This document shows, one piece after another, positions 18,568 to 27,622 of a stretch of DNA of 32,000 nt. Source of the DNA: Amoeboradix gromovi X-113 (taxonomy: Eukaryota; Fungi; Sanchytriomycota); NCBI GenBank assembly GCA_018985225.1, contig JADGIF010000010.1:1-32000 (forward strand), written 5' to 3'. Every line of letters starts with the position of its first letter. Position 1 is the stretch's first letter. The notes beneath the pieces are model-generated. The model was given only the letters and a program-made list of their open reading frames with translations, had not been told where the DNA came from and searched no databases. The translations under genes and the position numbers were made by a program.

Positions 18568-21500
18568 ATGACACAGCAAACTGTTATGGAACAGAACCTG
18601 CAATCTCTCTTATCTCCTGATAATAAAGTAAGAAATCAAGCTGAGTCTTACTTTGATAATGCGGACAAACAGCATCTTGCTGTACAGTTGCTGCAGTATG
18701 TTAGCAATCCGCAATTTACACAAATCTGTTGTGCTTTACTGCGTAAGATGGTTGATGACTTATCTGATGCTACTGCCCAGCAAGTGTTTGAGCAGTCTAA
18801 AAACTTTCAAGACCTAAAGCCTGTACAATTTTTAATTGCAACAATTGTTAAAAAATACGATTTCGGCTTCGATGGTTTGACTCACGCCTCTTTAGCAAAG
18901 TGTCTTGAGTACGCCCCCAAAAAGTTTACTTTAGACCAGTTAATGCATATTGTGCATGAAAAACCTGATTTAGATACGTTTAAAGGGTTTTGTCAATATT
19001 TGATTGCTGTTAAACCTGAACCTGCTTCAGTTAGCGAACTAATTTCTAGCTTCATCAACATTATGACCGAAGAGTATTTCGAACCTATGGCAGAAGTAGC
19101 TGATTATACTGCGGCATATCTCTCTCCATCCTATGAATTGTACTTGTCCAAATGTCTTCAATATATTCAATTAAACAGTCAACTAGCACTGGAATGTGCT
19201 GTGCTTTATATCGAGCAAAAGCCCGAATCTCTTGTTAACCATCCTATTATAAACCGAATTATTGAGCAGCTTTTACAATGGGTTTGCGATGTTAACTTAA
19301 CGGATGAAGAATTTGCAGCATTTGAAGAAGACGATGCCCAAAGTAATTATATAGTAGCTGAAATGGCACTTGATCGTCTTTCAAGGGCTTTGGTGGATGC
19401 TCTACTCCCAATGGTAATGAATTCGCTCAACTCAATGTTAAACGACTCAAAGTGGAACGTACGCTACGGAGCATTCATGTGTCTTAGTAGCATTGCTGAA
19501 GGTTGCATCTCCAGTTTAACTGAAGAGATGGATGAGTTAGTTGCTCTGATCACTAAATATTTTACAGATCCAAATCCCAGGGTTCGTTTTGCTGCTGCTC
19601 ACTGTATTGGACAGCTAGCTACTGATCTGGCACCTGATCTATCTGAAATCTACCACTCCTCCATTATGAATGGTCTGTTGCACTTGATGAGTGATAAAGT
19701 CCCACGAGTAGCTGCGCATGCTGCCAATGCCTCAATGAACATACTGGAGAATCTACCCAAAGACGAGAGTTCGCTGTACATTGAGCCACTAATGACTCAA
19801 TACGCCCAGTTATTTGGTTCTAACAATCGTCAGATCCAACAGATCTGTATTTCTGCAGTTGCTACATTGGCTGATGCCGCAGAAGACAAGTTTATCCCTT
19901 ATATGCCTACTATAGTACCTCAATTCATGTCTATTCTAACTGAATTAGTAGGCGAGTTGGACATGTCTCATCAAGAACTTAGGGCTAAACTAGTAGAATG
20001 TTTAACGTTAATTGCCTTGGCTGTTAAAAGACCTGCATTCGATCCTTATTTAGACCAACTTATCACTATTCTACGCAAGTTCAATGTAGTAAAGTTAGAC
20101 GATTCCAGCTTAGATCCTTTGCCATCCTATTTATTGTCTGCATGGGCACGTATGTGCAGAGTGCTGAAGAGTGATTTTGCGCCTCTCCTACCTGAATGCA
20201 TGCCTCTTGTTCTAGCTTATGCTTCTCACAATCCCGCAATTGAAATCATTGAACCTGATGAGGTTGCCAACTTTTCGAAAGAGGACGGATGGTTTGTCGC
20301 TAATGTGGAATCTAATAGAGTCGCTGTAAATACATCCCAGATAGAGGAAATGTCTACTGCTGTGGAAATGATTTCTATCTACGCTGAAACACTTAAAAAT
20401 GAGTTTATGCCGTTTTCCAACGACTGCATAGACCTTGTAGTGCCGTTAATTAAATTCCTGTTTAGCGATGAAGTTAGATTAGCTAGCATTAGATGCATTC
20501 CTAAGCTAGTTGACTGTTTGAATCCCCAACTCCAAGAAGCAGCCATCGTGTATGTTATCAAAGAGTATATAAGCACATTGGAGAATGAGATTGATTTTGA
20601 GCTTACCAGCTACATTATAGGTGGATTGAGCTCCTTTATATTAAAATTTGGATATTGTTTGGATGAAGAGGATACGGCATTGTTGTTTGATACTTCAGTG
20701 GAATTACTGAAACAACTAAATGAGCAATTAGCCAATAGAGAAGAAGAGCTAAGCTATGCGTACGATGAAGACATAGTCAACGAAGACAATACACTTTTCG
20801 AGTTGGCATCTTTGTTCCAGACCTGTTTCAAAGTTCATGCAGATTATTTTGTAAATATCTATCATTTAAAGATATATCCTGTAGTGTACTCATTTCTGGT
20901 AATTATTTGTAATGTAGGGACATGTAAATAGTGAAGCGAAGCAATTTGCGTGCTTATGCATTGACGATATAATTGAGTTTGGACCTATGACGTACAAGCT
21001 AAGCGTTATACTAAATGTAGGGGAGACATTCGCAAGTATGCTGACTACACCTACTGAATCAATCAAGCAAGCTGTCAGTTACGGAATCGGAGTGCTGGCA
21101 CAGGTAGATCCAATGAACAGCAGACAGTATTGTGAGCAATGCATTCCGCTGTTAATAAATAACATCAACATGGACAGTGACCGTAACGTTACAAGTTACG
21201 GTGCAACTGATAACGCAATAGCGGCTTTAATTAAGATTATGAAATACGCTCACATACAAACCCCTGAGATGGTAAACGCAGTATTTAAAGGATTGCCATT
21301 ATTAGCGGACGAGGAGGAGTTTCAGCAGGTGTATGACTATATTTTCACCAGCTGTATCCAACACTTTAATGCTTGTCCATACAACAAGCAAGTTGCTATT
21401 CTAATCGAACCTATATTTAAAGGATTGACCAAACAACAATTTCCTAGTCAATTCAAGCAGTTGTATTCTCAAGTATTCAGTATGTGTCTACAAAATAATG

Positions 21501-21580
21501 AGTTTAAGATGAATTTAGAGCAATTGCTAAGCACTGTATCAGCAAATAGTCAGCGACAAGTCCACGACTTTTTTAAATAA
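18568..21580 (+). CDS. PSE1: Importin-5/karyopherin beta-3 (Pse1/Kap121); 2 exons (18568-20898, 20918-21580), ~997 aa
   Basis: LLSPDNKVRNQAE, ALDRLS, DPNPRVRFAAAHCIGQLATDLAP, SYLLSAWARMCRVL, ATDNAIAAL, LPLLADEEE. Removing 20899-20917 restores KQFACLCIDDIIEF (cf. RQWGLCIFDDVIE) and links both ORFs. The start could alternatively be ATG 18586. Confidence 0.9.
20899..20917 (+). other. 19-nt spliceosomal intron GTAATTATTTGTAATGTAG (phase 0)
   Basis: GT..AG; removal puts exon 2 in frame with the 20987..21580 ORF and restores conserved importin-5 residues. Confidence 0.88.
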
Positions 21581-21606
21581 ATAATTTCTAATTAGTTCAT
21601 AAATAT

Positions 21607-23928
21607 TTACTTGACGAAAAGTCTTCGCAAATCAGCCAAATTCAAAAGACTGTTGGTCGTTGAATTTACTAATTTGACTCTCATGTTGTTTATCGTCATT
21701 TCATATTCCTGTGTGTACCCATCATCATTCCTAATCATGAGCACCAGGTTATTCTCCATTCGCAGCCTTACCGGGTAGAATCTGCTGATAAATCTTAGTT
21801 GTTTTATAAGCTCTACTCCACTTGCACAAGCGAAGGTTAGCTCCATCATTAACTCATGGACATTCAACACAGTATCCATATTCTTCACCAAAGTTGACAT
21901 CATCCATTTTGTTATGCTGCCGTTTATATCGCAAACATCGTATTTGTGTGGTTTTATATTTATACTCAAAACCTTGTCCATCATGCTATATGTATATTCA
22001 TCCATATAGTTCAGCGATATAACCAACAGCTCATATTCTAGTACCACTTCTAATGCGGTTATGGTGGTGATCTTCCATTTCCATTCCATTTCAACTTGAT
22101 GTTGTATCTCCTTTAATTCTTCAATATTGCTGCGATCCGCCACAATCAACGCATCCTGCTGTTGTTTCAACATACAAAGGACCTGTTGCAGCTCATCTAT
22201 TTCGCTATTTACTGTCTTGGATTCATGCTGTTTGTTATTCAACTCATTGTCCATTTCCAATACGTTATGCTCTGTTTTGTCGATGTCATCATCCAGCTCT
22301 TTTATGTTGTTTACAATATCATGCTCAAATGTTGTCAAATCCGTTTTGTTAACTGCTAGTTCAGATTGCAATAATTCCAATTCAGATTGATTGCTATTGA
22401 TATTAAAGTCTAATTCATCCTCCACTTGCAGCAATGATGATATTAAGTCCTCGGCCTCTGATTTGTAGCCTATATAAACTGCCAACTCTGACTGTATTAT
22501 CGTTTCAATTTTATCGAGGATGGGTATTAGTAGCTGCAGTTTACTCGTGCTGCTAGTACAAGTGCAATAGTCTCTTGTGTTGTTAATCATTCTGGCAAAA
22601 TACAGTTGCTCTTGGGCATCAGATTGCATGTAGTCAGAGTATAACGAAGAAAGAGAGATTGAATTAAAATCGGTGAGATATTTCTGATACATTTGCTTGT
22701 AATCTGATTGTTCAATCGCTGGATACGAATTTGATACTTTGAGATTTAAAGCGCTTAGCAACTGACTACCTGACAAGCTACTAGGTGTTTCATTAATGAC
22801 ATTGGGTAATATTTCCACTTGAGCTAATTGAAGAGGCATTGGAAAGGATTCAGAGCTACGAGGGGGGCTCTGCTTGTTCTCGTCTTCGGCAGTATCATTA
22901 TTTACACTGGCTGTAAATTTACCATTTGAATCTCCTACATTTCTCTTGTCAATTGGTGAATTAAGCAGTTCATTCTCTATTAGAAGAGACTCATCAGGAT
23001 CATGTAAGATCGAATGATGAGACTGATTGCTGACTTGCTTAAAGAAAGTACTGGTTTCCACAACAGGTTTGAGTGTATCCTCGCTGATGATGGAATTGAG
23101 TAAGTGGCTGTTCATCAAAGGCTGCTCTAAAGGGCCTTTTTTGTTATGAAGACTAATAAATTCATCCAGATTAAACGTATCAACGGGTGCAATGGTTTTA
23201 GTTAATAAATTAGTTGATTCTAATAGTGATGTTTCGCCGACGTGTGGCTGAATAAATGGTACAATTTGGCCAGTATGAGGCAATAACTTGGTTTCTTGCA
23301 TCAAGTCGTCTGTTATCAGCTTAGTTTCTTGCATTGGGTCATTATCCATATCTTCCCCAGGGTTCATATTTATCAAGTTAGTTTCTTGCATGACATCATT
23401 TGGAATAAGGCCTGTTTCTTGCATCAAATCGTTGCCCAATAATTGGGTCTCTCCTTTTTTGCCCATCTCTATCAGATTAGTCTCTTCCATTACAATCGAC
23501 CGATCAAATTTATTATCATATATTCGAGTTTCTTGCATATCGTGGTCATCCCCAGAATTGACACCATCATTGTCGAATAGAAAATCGGGTTGACTCAATT
23601 GGAAAGGCTTAACAGGGCTGTTCTGAAAAGTAACTCGACGTTTTTTTTTAAAAATGTTGGTATTCTCCATAATATCATGGGCTTGATGAGATGGGTCAAT
23701 CATTTCAGTTAAATCATGTTTTTTGCTGTTCTCTTTGTCGTTACTTTCTTGAGTTGGAGATCCAAGGAAGTGATTTCTTTTCAAATTGAATAATTGAAGA
23801 TTTTGTAAATCATTAGTTTTTGGAGACACAAACTTCAGCCTTTCGTCCGGCGTTTTGATCGGTGTCTTGTTCGGAGATGGTGAAGGACTTACTTGTTTAC
23901 GCAATGGAGAGGATTTAAATGGTTGCAT
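21607..23928 (-). CDS. SPC105: Kinetochore scaffold Spc105/Spc7/KNL1
   Basis: PP1-docking RRVTF (RVxF), six MELT-like M[QE]ET repeats, long coiled coil, C-terminal globular region. First ATG is at 23928; the track starts at TTG 23940. Confidence 0.75.
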   Translation of the reverse strand: MQPFKSSPLRKQVSPSPSPNKTPIKTPDERLKFVSPKTNDLQNLQLFNLKRNHFLGSPTQESNDKENSKKHDLTEMIDPSHQAHDIMENTNIFKKKRRVTFQNSPVKPFQLSQPDFLFDNDGVNSGDDHDMQETRIYDNKFDRSIVMEETNLIEMGKKGETQLLGNDLMQETGLIPNDVMQETNLINMNPGEDMDNDPMQETKLITDDLMQETKLLPHTGQIVPFIQPHVGETSLLESTNLLTKTIAPVDTFNLDEFISLHNKKGPLEQPLMNSHLLNSIISEDTLKPVVETSTFFKQVSNQSHHSILHDPDESLLIENELLNSPIDKRNVGDSNGKFTASVNNDTAEDENKQSPPRSSESFPMPLQLAQVEILPNVINETPSSLSGSQLLSALNLKVSNSYPAIEQSDYKQMYQKYLTDFNSISLSSLYSDYMQSDAQEQLYFARMINNTRDYCTCTSSTSKLQLLIPILDKIETIIQSELAVYIGYKSEAEDLISSLLQVEDELDFNINSNQSELELLQSELAVNKTDLTTFEHDIVNNIKELDDDIDKTEHNVLEMDNELNNKQHESKTVNSEIDELQQVLCMLKQQQDALIVADRSNIEELKEIQHQVEMEWKWKITTITALEVVLEYELLVISLNYMDEYTYSMMDKVLSINIKPHKYDVCDINGSITKWMMSTLVKNMDTVLNVHELMMELTFACASGVELIKQLRFISRFYPVRLRMENNLVLMIRNDDGYTQEYEMTINNMRVKLVNSTTNSLLNLADLRRLFVK
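23291..23538 (-). repeat. Dispersed coding repeats M[QE]ET (MELT-like)
   Basis: gtttcttgcat at 23291, 23324, 23381, 23414 and 23528, and gtctcttccat at 23480 (+ strand). Confidence 0.85.
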
Positions 23929-24074
23929 ATCCTGTTTCAAAATATTATTGAGAATGTCGTGAGTACTTGATAAAGCATTAACGCTTGCTTACAGTTTGTG
24001 TTAATGTAGTAGAAGACAATTCATACTACGTGATATGATTTTAATCAAGTGCTCGCAGTTATATTTTTTGATAC

Positions 24075-24824
24075 ATGTTGAAAGTTCTAGTTCCATGTAA
24101 GCGCGTAATTGACTATGCAGTTAAAGTTCAAGTAAATGCAGCTAGTAAATGGGTAAATGAAGATGTTAAGCACTCTTTGAATCCGTTTGACGAAATTGCA
24201 ATTGAAGAAGGAATCAAATTAAAAGAAAGAAATGTAGCATCATCGTTAACTGCTATATCAATTGGACCTTCTTCTTCTCAGGACAGTCTTCGAACTGCGC
24301 TAGCTATGGGTGCTGATAAAGCAGTTCACATTAAAACTGATTCTCGATTGGAGCCTATTCAAATTGCTCAAGCCATAAAGTCTTATTTATCAAAAGAAAC
24401 CCACGATCTAGTTATATTAGGTAAGCAGGCTATAGACGATGATTGCGGTCAGACTGGGCCTATGTTAGCTGGATTGTTAAACTGGAACCAAGCTACTCAA
24501 GTTTCCAAGGTTGATATTTCAGATAAGAATGTTACCGCTATTCGGGAGATTGATGGAGGATTAGAAACAGTTCAGTTTAAACTCCCGGCTGTACTTACCA
24601 CTGACTTGAGATTAAATGAGCCTAGATTTGCTACTCTTCCAAAAATCATGCAGGCCAAGCGTAAACCAATTGAAGTGATTGAATTTGATAGCTTGAATAT
24701 TAACGCCAAACCTATCACTGTTATTACTTCCGTACAGGATCCTCCCAAGCGAAAAGGCGGAGTTAAGGTTGGGTCAGTTGATGAGTTAATCTCAAAATTA
24801 AAAACTGAAGCAAAGGTAATTTAA
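24075..24824 (+). CDS. ETFB: Electron transfer flavoprotein beta subunit
   Basis: LKVLVPCKRVIDYAVK, NPFDEIAIEE, ALAMGADKAVH, LGKQAIDDD, REIDGGLE, TDLRLNEPRFATLP. Confidence 0.96.
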   Translation: MLKVLVPCKRVIDYAVKVQVNAASKWVNEDVKHSLNPFDEIAIEEGIKLKERNVASSLTAISIGPSSSQDSLRTALAMGADKAVHIKTDSRLEPIQIAQAIKSYLSKETHDLVILGKQAIDDDCGQTGPMLAGLLNWNQATQVSKVDISDKNVTAIREIDGGLETVQFKLPAVLTTDLRLNEPRFATLPKIMQAKRKPIEVIEFDSLNINAKPITVITSVQDPPKRKGGVKVGSVDELISKLKTEAKVI

Positions 24825-24831
24825 TGCAGCT

Positions 24832-24843
24832 AATAAATTTATT
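24832..24843. terminator. Palindromic AATAAATTTATT at convergent ETFB/CHL1 ends
   Basis: Same 12-mer as 436-447; overlaps the CHL1 stop codon. Confidence 0.5.
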
Positions 24844-26851
24844 CTTTGTTTTTAAAAAATTTGATGTATTCTTGCAGGTCCAATTGCCTTAAATGCTCCA
24901 CGTTTGGCTGTATCCATAAAGATAGCTGATTTATTATCTTATCAAAATAAGGTCCTCTACTATACAAGCTGTACCTCGAATCGCATAAAAACACAAACGC
25001 GTAGTCATTCTTGTGCCGCAGACATCTTCCAATTGCTTGATTCACACTTCTTATGGCCACTGACAATCCTACATCAAATGTGTTGTTATCTCTACATCTT
25101 TTTTTGAACTCCATACTCTCCATATTAGGGAACGGAATTCCGAATAAAATTAATGTTCTGGCCAAGTCGTCCTTAAAGTCTATACCTTCAGATAATTTGC
25201 CACCGAATACCGCAAAAACAACTGAACAAGAATGCTTTAATTTAGAGGAATGTTTCGCTAACAAGTCCTTGACGTTTGATGACTTTTGGGACTCAAAGAG
25301 CGCTGATTTCAGCAAAGTGTTATCATAATGCTTTATTTTTAACATCAAATCTTCAAGCAGTTTAAAGCTAGAAACAAATATTAATATTCCTGTTTTGTTG
25401 GGTGCTTTGCTTGTTATTGAACTGCATGTATTTAATATTCCAGCGACATTGGTAGATACTGAGTCATATCTAAACTGGCCAACTGTTTGGACTCTGAAGT
25501 TAGACTTATCCACGATGTGTGGTGCTTGATGCATTGCCACTTTAGATCGCAGTTTTGCAGGAATCATCGTGTCAATGTACTGCTGCATAGGACTGAGTGT
25601 ACCAGCTGCAAATATTAGAGATTTGCACTGATCTGCTAATTCTGAGATTGTGTCTTTAGTAGATGTTTTCAAATATTGCAACTCGGTACTGGAAATGAAG
25701 AGGCATCCGTTTTTGGAGTCACTCATCAGCAATCTTATAAGATGAATAATGTTGAAGTAGAATTGAGACGGCAGATCATATTCTTTGAACAAGGGTGACA
25801 GCTTAATGTTGAAATGGTTTGCAACCAAATAATCAGCAATCTCGTATAAATTTATTTGGTCAAGCTGTATAGCCACTAATACAGTTATAATCGATGTATC
25901 ACTTAGTTCTGGCATCGAAGAAAGTTTGTGCAATGCTTTCAATATTCGCACAAAGAGTTCAATGTTCGTCAAATTTGAAGCACTTAAACGTAGGTTGTAT
26001 TTTGATTTATACAGTTTAACAATATCTAAAAGTTTGGTAAGGTTTAAGAAGTCAGCGGACACACACTCACTAGATAACGCGGCATCATAAAAACTGTGGG
26101 CCTCATCAATGACAACAATACAATTTCTCAATTTTATATTCAAGATATTGCGTGTGTTTTCATTGAGGATTGATTGGAACGGAGCGATTATTATATCAGC
26201 TTCATTTACCGATATCTTAGACATAAAGTAAGGACAGAAAACGTGTGACTTGCCATTACTAACTGCATCTTCAATATCCCAAATTTTTGTTTGAAATTCG
26301 TCCACAAAGGAGTCTATTGACTCGTTAAAGTACTTGCAATCGCTGTTTCCGATCAAGTCTTTGCATGTTTCGCTTAGTTGGGAAGCTGACATGTTTTCAC
26401 ATTTTGGATTCACGCAATACTGCTTGCGACTAGCCAATACTGATATCTTACACGACGGTCCAAAAGAGGTCTTTCTCAACTCTTTAACAATAGATTGTAT
26501 TTGCGAATGTGTTCTAGTGCAATATATCAATTTGGGCTTGTAAGGTCTACTGTCAGAGACTTCGTAGTTGGGATTGCTTAATAAATCTTGCCAGTCATGA
26601 CCTAATTCTTTGTGTTTAAGAAACCCATAGGAATTATTGGTGATTCTTTGTTTCTTTGTCATCCAACTGGGTTTTTTTGGTGCTTGTTCCTGAAACCAGG
26701 TCCATGTTGTACATAGCAACATTAAACTTTTACCGGTGCCGGTTGGGGACTCCACCACGACTATTTTATCATCCTTGATAGCATTATACACAAAATCCAT
26801 TACTTCTAACTGTAAATCATAAGGGATATATGGAAAGTGATAGGGATTCAT
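24839..26851 (-). CDS. CHL1: Chl1/DDX11 Fe-S DEAH helicase (Rad3/XPD family), shortened
   Basis: FPYIPYDLQ (Q motif), ESPTGTGKS, RTHSQI, LASRKQYCVN, CPYF, IDEAH, GGKLSEGIDF, VNQAIGRCLRHKNDYA. Confidence 0.9.
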   Translation of the reverse strand: MNPYHFPYIPYDLQLEVMDFVYNAIKDDKIVVVESPTGTGKSLMLLCTTWTWFQEQAPKKPSWMTKKQRITNNSYGFLKHKELGHDWQDLLSNPNYEVSDSRPYKPKLIYCTRTHSQIQSIVKELRKTSFGPSCKISVLASRKQYCVNPKCENMSASQLSETCKDLIGNSDCKYFNESIDSFVDEFQTKIWDIEDAVSNGKSHVFCPYFMSKISVNEADIIIAPFQSILNENTRNILNIKLRNCIVVIDEAHSFYDAALSSECVSADFLNLTKLLDIVKLYKSKYNLRLSASNLTNIELFVRILKALHKLSSMPELSDTSIITVLVAIQLDQINLYEIADYLVANHFNIKLSPLFKEYDLPSQFYFNIIHLIRLLMSDSKNGCLFISSTELQYLKTSTKDTISELADQCKSLIFAAGTLSPMQQYIDTMIPAKLRSKVAMHQAPHIVDKSNFRVQTVGQFRYDSVSTNVAGILNTCSSITSKAPNKTGILIFVSSFKLLEDLMLKIKHYDNTLLKSALFESQKSSNVKDLLAKHSSKLKHSCSVVFAVFGGKLSEGIDFKDDLARTLILFGIPFPNMESMEFKKRCRDNNTFDVGLSVAIRSVNQAIGRCLRHKNDYAFVFLCDSRYSLYSRGPYFDKIINQLSLWIQPNVEHLRQLDLQEYIKFFKNKE

Positions 26852-27622
26852 TTTTGTATTAAAAATTTATACAGGTCGTAAAATATCTTCAATATTTCAT
26901 AACTCGATTAAACAAGACAGCTTTTGATATCTACAAAGCACGTCTTTCATACGCCAAGAGTAAAACAGTTATCAGTATGGCAACTCCTCACTAAAGTTCC
27001 TAGTTTACTCGAAAATCAGGAACTTGCGCTAAGAATCTGTCAAAGCCAGTCACTCCGTTATAGTACTTTCTCATGCTTCCCATACTCTTCTTCTAGATTA
27101 AACGAGAATGCATATGTTTCAAGTATGTGGTATCTTTGTACTTGTATATGACGTTTGTGCGGTATATAACTCCTAATTGGTTTCCTCAGAGTGTTGTACC
27201 CTGCACGCGTTTTGCTAGTAAATGTTTACTTACATTAACCCAATATATATCATCTCCTTGGACGACTATCTCGTGTGCAACAATCTATTTTGTACTAGGT
27301 AATCATCTCTTTACATTTAGCACAATATTTATAAAAATTGCCATTTTTGACTAATGAAAAAAGTGGTATTGTGTTTTTTGTTCCATTAAAAAATATAATA
27401 AGAACTATAGGGTAATGAAAAGCATATAAGCACGAAATAGTGTATTTAATTAAACCGGGTCCTGCACTCGTGTTATTGGAAACGCTGAACTTAATTTGTT
27501 CCTAACGATACCCACGACTCAGTGAAGCAAATCTCTTTCGTCAAATTCAGTAAAACATTGAGTCAAGGATGTCAGTTCCTAAAAGCTCAGTGTAAGTAAA
27601 TGTTTTATTATTGTCACAGTTG

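Noticed and set aside
20992-21020. Second importin intron ending CTAAATGTAG
   Set aside because: The unspliced frame already matches importin-5 spacing; the candidate lengths (16 or 29 nt) would break the frame.
23994-24009. 16-nt GTTTGTGTTAATGTAG upstream of ETFB, matching the TAATnTAG end
   Set aside because: Non-coding, so there is no frame test, and it is shorter than the four supported introns; needs cDNA.
24957-24974. 18-nt in-frame GT..AG near the CHL1 3' end
   Set aside because: Lacks TAAT, and removal would destroy the conserved DxRY motif.
26900-27400. Short ORFs between CHL1 and noxB (including a YKYCAKCKE CxxC on the minus strand)
   Set aside because: Multiple stops in every frame and no coherent family signature.
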